Of a DNA stretch of 64,000 bases, positions 19,552-29,054 are shown piece by piece; positions within the stretch are counted from its first letter, which is position 1; every line of letters starts with the position of its first letter. A model generated the notes under the pieces. It saw only the letters and a list, made by a program, of their open reading frames with translations. It was not told the origin of the DNA and ran no database searches. Both the position numbers and the translations under genes were made by a program. The stretch lies in contig JBGCDR010000060.1 in NCBI GenBank assembly GCA_045105515.1, positions 32,001 to 96,000 of the forward strand. The letters are read 5' to 3'. Source of the stretch: Oligoflexales bacterium. GTDB taxonomy: Bacteria; Bdellovibrionota_B; Oligoflexia; Oligoflexales; Bog-1112.

Positions 19552-20433
19552 ATGATCAATATTTTTCTAATATTTATATATATTATTACCCCAATTACCT
19601 TAATTGCTCAAACAGATACTCCTCAGCAAAAAGGAACTGAAGATCCGGATATCTATCAAGAAGATGGATATTGGGAAAGTTATTCCCAATCGCCTACGAG
19701 CGGAAATATAGGTAAAGAGGTAACAAAGGATGTCAATATCAAAAATATAGTATCAGTTTCAGATGACTACACTTATGCTTCTTTTGGTAGACCAGATCCA
19801 TTTGTACCTCCACTCTTATCAAGTCACATAACTCAATTAGAAATACCCATCGTAAGTCTTTTACAAAAGTATCGACTAGATGAACTGAGAGTAGTAGGTA
19901 TTTGGACCCTTGAAAACAATGCACGAAAAGCACTCATGACCTCAAGTAATGATGAAGGAGTCATTGTTTCTATTGGCGATCATGCAGGTAATAGAGGTGG
20001 AAAAATAATAGCCATAGAGCCCGATGTCGTAAAAGTTAGAGAATTTACCCTTGCACCAGATGGCACAAGACAATTCAATGACCGAGAGCTCTGGTTAGGC
20101 GACGAAATGCCAGAAAGAGAGGAAAAGCTATTTATAAAGTCTACTAACAAGCCTCTCGACGATGAAGCAAGTTATAGTGGTCAAGACTTTCTTGACACAA
20201 CAGATCAAGAACAGAACCGTGTCAATAAACTTATGGGAACTCCTACTGAAGGAAACATTGAGGAAAACCTAGGGGAAGACAGGGGGCCTACAACAGACAG
20301 AGAGCCAATAAAAGAAAATGCACCAGAAGCACCATTTCAGTCTGATACAGAAAACATAAAGAATCCGAATAATGCTGACACAAAGAAGGTAATCGAAAGC
20401 ATAGGAAAACAATTACCTGTTGAAGGAAAATAA
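19552..20433 (+). CDS. pilP: Type IV pilus assembly protein PilP with long acidic C-terminal extension
   Basis: GRPDPF.P, LQKY.LDELRVVGI, KAL and G...G.RGGKI..I motifs. Confidence 0.85.
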   Translation: MINIFLIFIYIITPITLIAQTDTPQQKGTEDPDIYQEDGYWESYSQSPTSGNIGKEVTKDVNIKNIVSVSDDYTYASFGRPDPFVPPLLSSHITQLEIPIVSLLQKYRLDELRVVGIWTLENNARKALMTSSNDEGVIVSIGDHAGNRGGKIIAIEPDVVKVREFTLAPDGTRQFNDRELWLGDEMPEREEKLFIKSTNKPLDDEASYSGQDFLDTTDQEQNRVNKLMGTPTEGNIEENLGEDRGPTTDREPIKENAPEAPFQSDTENIKNPNNADTKKVIESIGKQLPVEGK

Positions 20434-20463
20434 TCACAAAAAAACTGGTATAAAGAAGGAATT

Positions 20464-23400
20464 TTGATGATCAACATACAAAAACTGTTATTTTTGTGCA
20501 TGCACATTGTGTTGACAAGCCTTTATCTTGCATGCGCCAGTACGCAAGAGCAGGCTGATACGCAGAAAGTTCAAGAACCTGGTTTTTATGTTGACGAAAA
20601 CAATATTGGCCCATCTCCAGATAACAACAATTCGAATAAGCAAGAAGATTACGGCGAACAGGGCAATAATTATGAAAATGAGGGTAATCAAGGCAATTAT
20701 GATAACGAGGGTAATCAAGGCAATTATGATAGCGAGGGTAATCAAAGCAATTATGATAATGAGGGTAATCAGAAAAATTCAAATGAATATTCAAATGACT
20801 CCACTTCCAATTATGACGAAGAAAATAATCTGTTTGAAAACTCGACCGGAAATCAGTTTAGTTATAATGAAGAGTACGAAGATGGTGATGAGCAACAAGA
20901 AAATCAGCAAAATCCCAATGAACAGCTTCCTACTGAAAATCAAGAAAACTATACAAACGAATATTCTAAAGAAGAGCAAAGTGAACAAGTCGATGAACTT
21001 AACAATGAGGAAATTTCAGGCAACCTATTATGGTGGTTAGGGCTAGATTTTAGAGAAAAAGAAAGTACAGTGAAACTAGAAATGGTAACTATAGGTAAAC
21101 CAATTTATAAATTTTCGCAAAATCAAAACCCTTCAGGACAACCAGAATTAATCATCAAATTTTTAGATACAAAAATGCGGCGTAAACTTAAACGGCCTAT
21201 CGATGCAAGCGAATTTCTTAGTCCGGTAGCTTATATTCGTACCAGATATCATGGCGAAGATAATAGCACAGATGTAATCATCACCCTCAGGGATGCAATA
21301 AAACCTGAACTATTTTCTCATGATGGAAATATATTGTTAAGTTTCAAAATACCTGATCGATATTTTGGCAACTCTGAAGTAGGGCAGACTCCAAGTGGAA
21401 AAGTTGAAGTTTTAGGAGATTCCGACATAACTCCGGTTCTGTTGGCAGGAAGTGTTGGTCCGGATCAGGATGGTTTTCAACCTTCAGATCCTGCAACGGA
21501 GATGAACGAAAATTCACAAAACTACGGTGAAAATAACCAATCTAGTAATGAATCTGATTTTGACGAATATAACGATTCCGACCAAGATGTAAATCTATTT
21601 CAAAATAATAACAACTCCAATAATTTTGACAATAAACAAAAGAATAGCAAGGGAAATAATTCTAATAATAGCTATGAAAATCAAAATAGTGAAAAAATAA
21701 ATAACGAGAGGAATAGTAACGAGGAAGATCAGTATGAGGAAAATGACAATAACGCTGAACATGTTCCTCACACTAATGATTTAGAAATTAAGTCAATTAG
21801 TCTTTTTGCTGTTGCTCAGGACGACTTTGAAAATAACTACACAGACAATAATTACTATGGTGATGAGCCAATCAATTCTCAATCTGGACAAAGTGGCGAA
21901 AAAAATGTATTCAATGACTCCGAAGGCAACCAGTTTGACAATGGACTTTTTCAAGACAACGAAACTAATGAAATTAACACAAGCAATTTAGACAACAACT
22001 CAGACAATTTATTCAACGAACAAAATGTAGAAGCAAATAGCTATGATAACTATGATAATGTCGATCTTTCAGGAGAAGAAACCGAAGGACGAGATGCAGC
22101 TATCGAATCAAATTCACAGGCTCTACAGCCGATCAGCATGAACTTCAAAGGGGCAACTTTAAAAGAAGTAATCCGAACATTCACTACAGAAAATGGTGTT
22201 AATTTTATCTTTCCAGAAGATGTCGGAGCGGAAAAAGTATATTTAAGTTTCACAAACGTTCCATGGGATCAAGCACTTCAAGCTGTTCTTGAAACTCACT
22301 CCTTGGGAATCTCTAAACTTGATGGGGATGTAATCAGGATTGATCGTTTAACCACATTAGACAAGGAAAAGAAGGAGTTAGAAAAAGCGAGAGAAAGTGC
22401 TTCTCGCTTAATCCCAACAAAGGTCCTCATTGTTAGGTTATCTTATGCCACTGCTAAAGATGTCGTAAAAGTTGTCACTACTATGCTTGAATCTTACAAG
22501 CATGACAAAAGAACACGAGTTGAAGCTGACAATCGAACAAACTCAGTTATTGTGGAAGCGATCCCAACAGCCCTTTCGAAAATCAAAGCGCTAATCAATA
22601 GGGTAGATTTACAGACCCCACAAGTAAAAATTGACACACGAATTGTTGAAGTTTTAAAGAATGATACATTACAGTTAGGTATCAATTGGGCTATGCCATT
22701 ACGCACCGATCAAAGTCGAGGACTTGGTCTCGGAAATCTTCCCTTTCCAAATCAAATGTATTCTGCTTTTAGTGTTGATACCGGGATTGAACCAGCTAAC
22801 CTTAGTGGTCGATCCGCAATAGACTTTCACTTTGGTAGCATCAATAATTTGTTCGAACTCGACGTTCGTCTTAGAATGGCTGAACAGCAAAATCAATTAA
22901 GGAGTATACAAAACAACAGCGTAGTAGTCCTTGATAATGAAAAAGCTGAGACAAAAGTTGGACAGGTAATCTATACGCCTATACCAATTGGTGCTGGTGA
23001 AGATAGGCTCGTTGATGTTGAATATGCGCTAAAACTGACTGTTACTCCGCATATAACTGCCGATGGAGCTGTTCAAATGGACATAGAAGTAGAAAACTCC
23101 TCTGCCATTCAAGGTCAGGCAAAACCTATCCCTGACAAAAACACAAGGGTTGTCAAGACAAAGCTTCTGCGAGAAAATGGTGAAACCGCAGTCATAGGTG
23201 GAGTTTATACTACCGATTATACTCAAGAAATCGTGGGTGTTCCTTTCTTCTCTAAAATACCAATCCTTGGGGTTTTCTTCAGAAGCAAATCGAAACAAGA
23301 GGCTAAACGTGAGTTGATTATTATGGTGACTCCAACCGTCATTAATAGTGCTAAATCCCTTAGCGAATCATCCAGTAACAATGGAAATTTCGCAAGCGAT

Positions 23401-23700
23401 GGTAATGGATACGGCAACTCAAGCAGCAACTACGAAGCTAACAATAGTTACGGTTCATCAAACAATGCGGATTCTGGAAACTATTACAACAATCAAGGTA
23501 CTGAAGGTCAATCTGAAGATTACGGCAATGCAAATAATGCTGAAAGTAACGAGCAATACCAAAATGACAATTCAAACCAAGAAGAAAGCCAAGGCAATCA
23601 GGAAGCTGAATATGGAGAACAAGGAGAGCAACAATATCAAGATCAAGGCGAACAACAATCAGAAGGGCAAACTGAAAGCCAAGGTGATAACTACTACTAA
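20464..23700 (+). CDS. pilQ: Type IV pilus secretin PilQ with large N/Q/E/D low-complexity regions
   Basis: ISMNFK.A, VPWDQAL, LSYA.A, D.RTNS.I, QV.I..RIVE, L.VTP.IT, GETAVIGG and VP..SKIPILG.FF. Possible lipobox LYLAC. Confidence 0.93.
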   Translation: MMINIQKLLFLCMHIVLTSLYLACASTQEQADTQKVQEPGFYVDENNIGPSPDNNNSNKQEDYGEQGNNYENEGNQGNYDNEGNQGNYDSEGNQSNYDNEGNQKNSNEYSNDSTSNYDEENNLFENSTGNQFSYNEEYEDGDEQQENQQNPNEQLPTENQENYTNEYSKEEQSEQVDELNNEEISGNLLWWLGLDFREKESTVKLEMVTIGKPIYKFSQNQNPSGQPELIIKFLDTKMRRKLKRPIDASEFLSPVAYIRTRYHGEDNSTDVIITLRDAIKPELFSHDGNILLSFKIPDRYFGNSEVGQTPSGKVEVLGDSDITPVLLAGSVGPDQDGFQPSDPATEMNENSQNYGENNQSSNESDFDEYNDSDQDVNLFQNNNNSNNFDNKQKNSKGNNSNNSYENQNSEKINNERNSNEEDQYEENDNNAEHVPHTNDLEIKSISLFAVAQDDFENNYTDNNYYGDEPINSQSGQSGEKNVFNDSEGNQFDNGLFQDNETNEINTSNLDNNSDNLFNEQNVEANSYDNYDNVDLSGEETEGRDAAIESNSQALQPISMNFKGATLKEVIRTFTTENGVNFIFPEDVGAEKVYLSFTNVPWDQALQAVLETHSLGISKLDGDVIRIDRLTTLDKEKKELEKARESASRLIPTKVLIVRLSYATAKDVVKVVTTMLESYKHDKRTRVEADNRTNSVIVEAIPTALSKIKALINRVDLQTPQVKIDTRIVEVLKNDTLQLGINWAMPLRTDQSRGLGLGNLPFPNQMYSAFSVDTGIEPANLSGRSAIDFHFGSINNLFELDVRLRMAEQQNQLRSIQNNSVVVLDNEKAETKVGQVIYTPIPIGAGEDRLVDVEYALKLTVTPHITADGAVQMDIEVENSSAIQGQAKPIPDKNTRVVKTKLLRENGETAVIGGVYTTDYTQEIVGVPFFSKIPILGVFFRSKSKQEAKRELIIMVTPTVINSAKSLSESSSNNGNFASDGNGYGNSSSNYEANNSYGSSNNADSGNYYNNQGTEGQSEDYGNANNAESNEQYQNDNSNQEESQGNQEAEYGEQGEQQYQDQGEQQSEGQTESQGDNYY
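20668..20775 (+). repeat. In-frame 27-bp tandem repeat, 4 copies (NYxxEGNQx) inside pilQ
   Basis: Units similar to aattatgataacgagggtaatcaaggc start at 20668, 20695, 20722 and 20749. Confidence 0.95.
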
Positions 23701-23735
23701 TTAAATCCCTAATTATTCCATTTTCGGGAGCAATA

Positions 23736-24698
23736 ATGAAGTCATGGGTTGAAGTCCTAAAAAACAAGAAGTTTGAAAGAAAAGATCAGAAAATGGTCAA
23801 ACGCTTCTTATCTAAGCCTTTCAACCAGGGTTTTCTGCCAATTGTCGAAGTACTCAAAAAGTATGATTTTCTCGATGAAGCCTTTGAATTGCTCAACTAT
23901 GGTGTAGGTAAGTATCCGCGGTATACTGCAGCGCGCATTTTATTTGCCAAAGAGCTGTATGAAAAGGGTTTGATACAAGATGCTTGGGATAAGGTGAAGA
24001 CCGCCAAAACTCCAATACATGAAAATATATTGGCTCAGAGAATATTATTCAAAGTCGCTATACTTAATGAACACGAAAACACAGCTAAGTCGGTTCTGCA
24101 ACATATGACCCACCGCAGACTCTTGGATAGAGAACTAGAACTTCTTGGTAAAAAGCTCAACTTAGGAGGCATAAAAGTAGCTAAGGCTTCACTTGTAGAG
24201 TACTTTAAAAATAAAGGAATTAGCATTGCCCTTGCAGTTAGCTCAAGACGAGCAGAAGGAGAAAAGCAAGGTAATATTCTCGGAAGTAATTCTCAGGCTT
24301 TTAACTTCAACCACAAGGTAATTTCTGACCCATCCCTTAAGCACTATCATGTAGTGCCACTTTCTCAGATATTTCATGCGAAAGATGAGCCCGATAACTA
24401 TAAAAAATCAAACGACACCAAGAATCTGGAAAGTCAAACCCTTGCAGAAATATACCAAAGACAAGGTCACTTTGAGAAATCACTTGAAATATATAGACGT
24501 TTGTTAAAAATATCTCCAGGAAACGACTATTTAAAACGGATGGTCATTGAAATTGCTAAAAAATCAGATGCTCAACAGCGCCAAGACCTAATGATTGATC
24601 CTGAGCTCGTTGAGACTGAAAATGAACCTAAAACAAAAGCAAATGTAAAGTTTTATAAGCATTTATTGGATAAGCTCGGCCATGAATCAAGCCCCTAA
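23736..24698 (+). CDS. Tetratricopeptide repeat protein
   Basis: TLAEIYQRQGHFEKSLEIYRRLLKISP and an N-terminal TPR-like segment; lies between pilQ and aroQ. Confidence 0.8.
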   Translation: MKSWVEVLKNKKFERKDQKMVKRFLSKPFNQGFLPIVEVLKKYDFLDEAFELLNYGVGKYPRYTAARILFAKELYEKGLIQDAWDKVKTAKTPIHENILAQRILFKVAILNEHENTAKSVLQHMTHRRLLDRELELLGKKLNLGGIKVAKASLVEYFKNKGISIALAVSSRRAEGEKQGNILGSNSQAFNFNHKVISDPSLKHYHVVPLSQIFHAKDEPDNYKKSNDTKNLESQTLAEIYQRQGHFEKSLEIYRRLLKISPGNDYLKRMVIEIAKKSDAQQRQDLMIDPELVETENEPKTKANVKFYKHLLDKLGHESSP

Positions 24699-25155
24699 AA
24701 AATCATACGAAATCCTAATAGCAAATGGAGTGAATCTCGACCTATTAGGGCAAAGAGAAGAGAAGCACTATGGTTCTCAGAGTTTAAAAGAATTAGAATC
24801 CTACCTCATCGCCAAAGCAAAAAGGCTGAACAAATTTTTTGAATCAAGCAAAATAAACTTAAGCTTTTTTCAAAGTAATGATGAGTCCAAATTTTTAAGT
24901 GAACTGGACAAGCCTTGGGATGGTGCTGTCATCAACCCTGGCGCCTGGACTCACACATCACTTGCATTGGCTGACCGCTTGCTTGCCTTAAAACTAGTAT
25001 TTGTGGAAGTACATTTATCCCAACTTGCTTGCAGAGAGGAATTTAGGCAAAGATCTTTTTGCGCAGCCCATGCATTGGGGACAATTGCTGGGTTAGGCTT
25101 TGATTCTTACCTTACTGGTATAATAGCAATCACCCAATATTTAGAAAAATCTTAG
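24682..25155 (+). CDS. aroQ: Type II 3-dehydroquinate dehydratase
   Basis: NGVNLDLLGQRE..HYG, FQSN.E, INPGAWTHTS and VEVHLS. Confidence 0.93.
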   Translation: MNQAPKKSYEILIANGVNLDLLGQREEKHYGSQSLKELESYLIAKAKRLNKFFESSKINLSFFQSNDESKFLSELDKPWDGAVINPGAWTHTSLALADRLLALKLVFVEVHLSQLACREEFRQRSFCAAHALGTIAGLGFDSYLTGIIAITQYLEKS

Positions 25156-25475
25156 GTCTGATGCAACAACTTGACCAGATCAATAGCATTGGTTTTTGCC
25201 ATAAAACCGTATCTATGAGTTCCCTGTTCATCATTTTGAGCAAGACCCCAAATCAAGATTAATGGCACTTCGCAAGAATTCATTTTAAACACAAAATTGA
25301 CATCTGGCAGTATACGCTCGACGGTAGTGATTCCTAAACCACCCATCGAGTAGTCTTTTATTTGGAAAGTAATTTCTCTACCATCAGAAACTGCCACCAA
25401 CTTACCATCACAAACACCTTTAAAAGCTAAGCGTTTATGCTGTCTCAGATCTTTTACAGATAATGCACTGGCCAT
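25152..25475 (-). CDS. Stand-alone PilZ domain protein
   Basis: RxxxR (RQHKR) and DxSxxG (DYSMGG) c-di-GMP-binding motifs. Confidence 0.8.
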   Translation of the reverse strand: MASALSVKDLRQHKRLAFKGVCDGKLVAVSDGREITFQIKDYSMGGLGITTVERILPDVNFVFKMNSCEVPLILIWGLAQNDEQGTHRYGFMAKTNAIDLVKLLHQT

Positions 25476-25511
25476 ATCAATATCCTACAGCTTTTTTACT
25501 TCCACTAACTA

Positions 25512-25538
25512 CTGTCGGGTTTAAAAAGCGATAGTTTA
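25512..25538 (-). promoter_or_regulatory. Putative sigma-28 promoter
   Basis: TAAA-N15-CCCGACAG upstream of the PilZ gene. Confidence 0.55.
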
Positions 25539-25587
25539 GCATACACGACAAACATTTAATTATTTGGTATAAATAGAGGGGATGGAC

Positions 25588-26289
25588 CTAGATCCATGCT
25601 AGTGTCCAGTTGCTTGGAGCTGGAGAGCCGGACCTTCGGAACGAATTCCAAAGCTGCGGCTCCGAGTAAGTACAAGACCGGAGAATGGTAATATTCTCCG
25701 GGCTTATACCGAAATTAATGAGTTCAAAGGCTCCAATAATAGCAAGATCCATATGCCAGCGGTCATGCTTACCCCGGTGCACTGCACAAGTGAGTTGACT
25801 CTGTGTTAATCCAAAACTTTCCTCGGCAAAAGAGCTCAAAACTTCAGGACCAACCTCGAAAGCCCCAAATCCAATACATGGACCAAAGAACGCAAAAAGA
25901 TCTTCCTTATCAGCATAAGTCATAGCTAGGCTAAGACCTCTTTTGACAATACCAGCAGCCAAACCCTTCCATCCAGCATGAATCACACTAACAAAGCTTT
26001 TAGATCGACTAGCAATGATGACAGGAAGACAGTCTGCAGTTTTTATCGCTAAAACTTGGCCTTTGGTCATACTGAAGAGGCCATCTCCTTTCTGAAGATG
26101 CTCAGGCAGATCCGTGCAGCCTTCCTGTGCCCGTACAAATTCAGTTCCATGCACTTGTTTCAGCTTATGACAACGAACTTCATCTGCCTTCACCACTCCA
26201 TGAATACAATATTGCAATCCAGCCCTGGAGAATGGATTTGTCTCGCTTGGAGAAGCGATGAAGCTCATTTTATTGATAGTTTCAAGCAT
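25588..26289 (-). CDS. pgeF: PgeF/YfiH family (purine nucleoside phosphorylase/peptidoglycan editing factor)
   Basis: KQVHG, TADCLPV, HAGWKG, GPCI...FEVG and S.RR. Confidence 0.9.
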   Translation of the reverse strand: MLETINKMSFIASPSETNPFSRAGLQYCIHGVVKADEVRCHKLKQVHGTEFVRAQEGCTDLPEHLQKGDGLFSMTKGQVLAIKTADCLPVIIASRSKSFVSVIHAGWKGLAAGIVKRGLSLAMTYADKEDLFAFFGPCIGFGAFEVGPEVLSSFAEESFGLTQSQLTCAVHRGKHDRWHMDLAIIGAFELINFGISPENITILRSCTYSEPQLWNSFRRSGSPAPSNWTLAWI

Positions 26290-26303
26290 ATACTTCTCTA
26301 AGC

Positions 26304-27758
26304 CTAGATATCTACACTAACAAAAGCAAATCCTGAGCCACCCTGCATATTGCGTTTTATACGCATCAATACAGACTTCTGTTTATTTTTTCGAGCTTGC
26401 GCGATTGCGGCCTTGAAACCTTTTACAGCATTACCAAGATTCTTAGTACCTTCTACTTCAAAACTATCAACACTCAAAATAATATCTCCTTCCTGCAATT
26501 GTCGGATTGCAGGCGAACTATTCTCTATTGAGATGATGTAAAGGCCCCCTTCTTTCAACTGAAATTCAAGGCCCAATGATTCCTTTGTAGCTTTTTGCTT
26601 GTCATTAGACGCACTTTGCTCACTTCCCGGATAAGTTCCAATAACCAAAGTTCTCTTTAACTCTTTACCATTTCTGAAGACTGTCAACTTCGCTTTAGCA
26701 CCAGGTTTCATAAGCCCGACACGATTGACCAAATCTCTATCTTTTTCCAGTTTTTTATTATCAACCTCTGTGATAACGTCTTTAGGTTTAATCCCAGCTT
26801 TATCGGCTGGTCCGTTCGGTTCAACCTGCACAACAACGACCCCATTGTTGTCTTCAGGAATCTTAAGCAACTTTTTAATATCATTGGACAGTGGTTGAAA
26901 GTGCACACCAATATAACCTCGAGATAGTTTAACTCCATTTATAAGGTTAGTAGCAACTTCTCTCACTAAGTTAGAAGGCACAGCAAAACCTATGCCGTTA
27001 TAACCTCCTGATTTGGAGAAAATAGCAGTATTTATTCCAATAACCTTTCCTTCCATATCGACTAGCGGACCTCCACTATTGCCAGGGTTAATAGCAGCAT
27101 CAGTCTGGATAAAGTCCCCTAACTGAGTTATCTGTAAGCTACCCCGACCAAGAGCTGATACAGCTCCAAACGAAACACTTGCCTCAAGTCCAAATGGAGC
27201 TCCTAAAGCAACAACAAAAGAACCTACTTTTAGACCATCAGAATTTCCGAGCACTAAGGATGACAGGCCATCACGCTTATATTTTTCGTCTATGATTCTA
27301 AGTACTGCAACATCAGTATTTGGGTCTACTCCTACTACTTTAGCTTTATAAGTCTCTCGGTTAGCAAGCTTTAAATTGATTTCATCGGCATTATCTATCA
27401 CATGATTATTTGTCATAACAAGGCCTTCATCTAGGTCGATAACAAATCCTGAACCAAGCCCTTCTTGCTTGGGTACTGGAATTTGCCTTCTCCCAAAACC
27501 AAAAAGATCATAAGGGTCTATCCCCCCGGGCAGGCCTTTCACTGTTTTGGAAACAGAAACAAAGACTAAAGCCTTTTTCGAAGCTTCAGCAATAGCACCA
27601 ATTCCTTTTGAGAGTTCCTGCAGCAGCTTAGTATCTTGGCCTAAATCCACTTTAGTATCTGCTGGAGGTAAATCATAAGCTAAAAGGGGCTTAAGTATGA
27701 AAAAATTCGCAGTGAATGCTAATAGCCCAAACCTTAAAAAATTCTTAGCAAAAATCAT
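26304..27758 (-). CDS. degP: Periplasmic HtrA/DegP-DegQ serine protease with two PDZ domains
   Basis: GLGSGF, TNNHV, TDVAVL and IQTDAAINPGNSGGPL; PDZ domains; signal peptide. Confidence 0.93.
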   Translation of the reverse strand: MIFAKNFLRFGLLAFTANFFILKPLLAYDLPPADTKVDLGQDTKLLQELSKGIGAIAEASKKALVFVSVSKTVKGLPGGIDPYDLFGFGRRQIPVPKQEGLGSGFVIDLDEGLVMTNNHVIDNADEINLKLANRETYKAKVVGVDPNTDVAVLRIIDEKYKRDGLSSLVLGNSDGLKVGSFVVALGAPFGLEASVSFGAVSALGRGSLQITQLGDFIQTDAAINPGNSGGPLVDMEGKVIGINTAIFSKSGGYNGIGFAVPSNLVREVATNLINGVKLSRGYIGVHFQPLSNDIKKLLKIPEDNNGVVVVQVEPNGPADKAGIKPKDVITEVDNKKLEKDRDLVNRVGLMKPGAKAKLTVFRNGKELKRTLVIGTYPGSEQSASNDKQKATKESLGLEFQLKEGGLYIISIENSSPAIRQLQEGDIILSVDSFEVEGTKNLGNAVKGFKAAIAQARKNKQKSVLMRIKRNMQGGSGFAFVSVDI

Positions 27759-27889
27759 AAATTAAGATCCTTCAGTAATGTTATGACAATCCCACGCTCC
27801 TTAACCAAGCTACAATACAAGCAGGCAGGTGAGGGGAGACTAAGATAATCTAGGAAAATAATAAAATTTTTATAAGAACACAAGGTAGT

Positions 27890-29005
27890 TTAAACAAGAG
27901 GTTCACTAACTTTTATACAGCTTGCAAGCATCTTTTGCCTTAGAAAATGATCCATGATTACCAGCAAGGTCATAGCCTCTACCATAGGTACAGCTCGTGG
28001 GAGCACACATGGATCATGCCTTCCAGCCTTCGGCTTAAAAGTCTGAGGCTTCATATCGCGATCAACCGTCATCTGTTCTTTGAAAATGGTTGCCACGGGC
28101 TTAAACGCTACGCGCATTGAGATGAGCTCACCATTGGAGATTCCCCCTTGTATACCACCTGAAAAGTTTGTTTTTGTTCTGATCTCATTATTTTGAACTT
28201 CAAAATGATCATTATGTTCGGAGCCAAAAAGCTGGGTGGCAGCAAACCCCTCGCCCACCTCAAATCCCTTGGTGGCTGGTAAGCTCATCATTGCTTTTGC
28301 TAAATCTGCCTCCAATTTATCAAAAACCGGTTCACCTAGGCCTTTGGGAGGATTGAGGCAAAGACCCCGAATACATCCTCCGACACTATCTCCCCTTTTT
28401 TTAGCTCCAAGGATTAATTTGCTCATTTCCTCCCTAGCCTTTTTATCTGGGCATCTAAGCATATGCTCGTCGATTTTATCTCTGGTAAGGGAATGTGGGT
28501 CAATCGGGCCAACTTTGAGATTCTTTACTGACTCTACATAAGCAAGAACTTTTAAAGGAGGGTGCAATTCCTCAAGAATTTGCTCTGCTAAGGCTGCAGC
28601 TGCAACCCTAGCAATGGTTTCCCTAGCACTTGCTCGGCCCCCTCCACTAAGCGCCCTCACACCATACTTTAACTCAGTTGTATAGTCTGCATGAGATGGT
28701 CTAAATATCTTTGCCATATCACTATAATGCTCTTTATTTGCGTCCTGATTATACACAACTAAGGCAATTGGAGTTCCCAAAGTCTTGCCGCCTTCGAGAC
28801 CCGATAAGCAGACCACTTGGTCTTTTTCCTTGCGAGGGGTGCTCAAAACGCTTTGCCCAGGCTTTCTCCGATCAAGAAATTCTTGGATTTTTGCCAATGA
28901 TATGGAGTAACCGGGAGGGCAGCCATCAATAACTACTCCAACACCACCACCATGAGATTCACCAAAGCTCGTTACTTTAAAAGAATGGCCAAAACTACTC
29001 GCCAT
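27890..29005 (-). CDS. aroC: Chorismate synthase
   Basis: FGESHG, RPSHAD, GGGRASARET, GGIQGGISNG and GRHDPCV. Confidence 0.97.
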   Translation of the reverse strand: MASSFGHSFKVTSFGESHGGGVGVVIDGCPPGYSISLAKIQEFLDRRKPGQSVLSTPRKEKDQVVCLSGLEGGKTLGTPIALVVYNQDANKEHYSDMAKIFRPSHADYTTELKYGVRALSGGGRASARETIARVAAAALAEQILEELHPPLKVLAYVESVKNLKVGPIDPHSLTRDKIDEHMLRCPDKKAREEMSKLILGAKKRGDSVGGCIRGLCLNPPKGLGEPVFDKLEADLAKAMMSLPATKGFEVGEGFAATQLFGSEHNDHFEVQNNEIRTKTNFSGGIQGGISNGELISMRVAFKPVATIFKEQMTVDRDMKPQTFKPKAGRHDPCVLPRAVPMVEAMTLLVIMDHFLRQKMLASCIKVSEPLV

Positions 29006-29054
29006 AAGTTCTTCCAATCTACAATTGCTAATTAATTAACCGGGGAAGTCTTGC

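Noticed and set aside
20471..21040. Repetitive alternative-frame ORFs (DYPRYHNC repeats, IIIALIT repeats) and possible CRISPR
   Set aside because: These are shadows of the 27-bp pilQ tandem repeat; there are no spacers and no cas genes.
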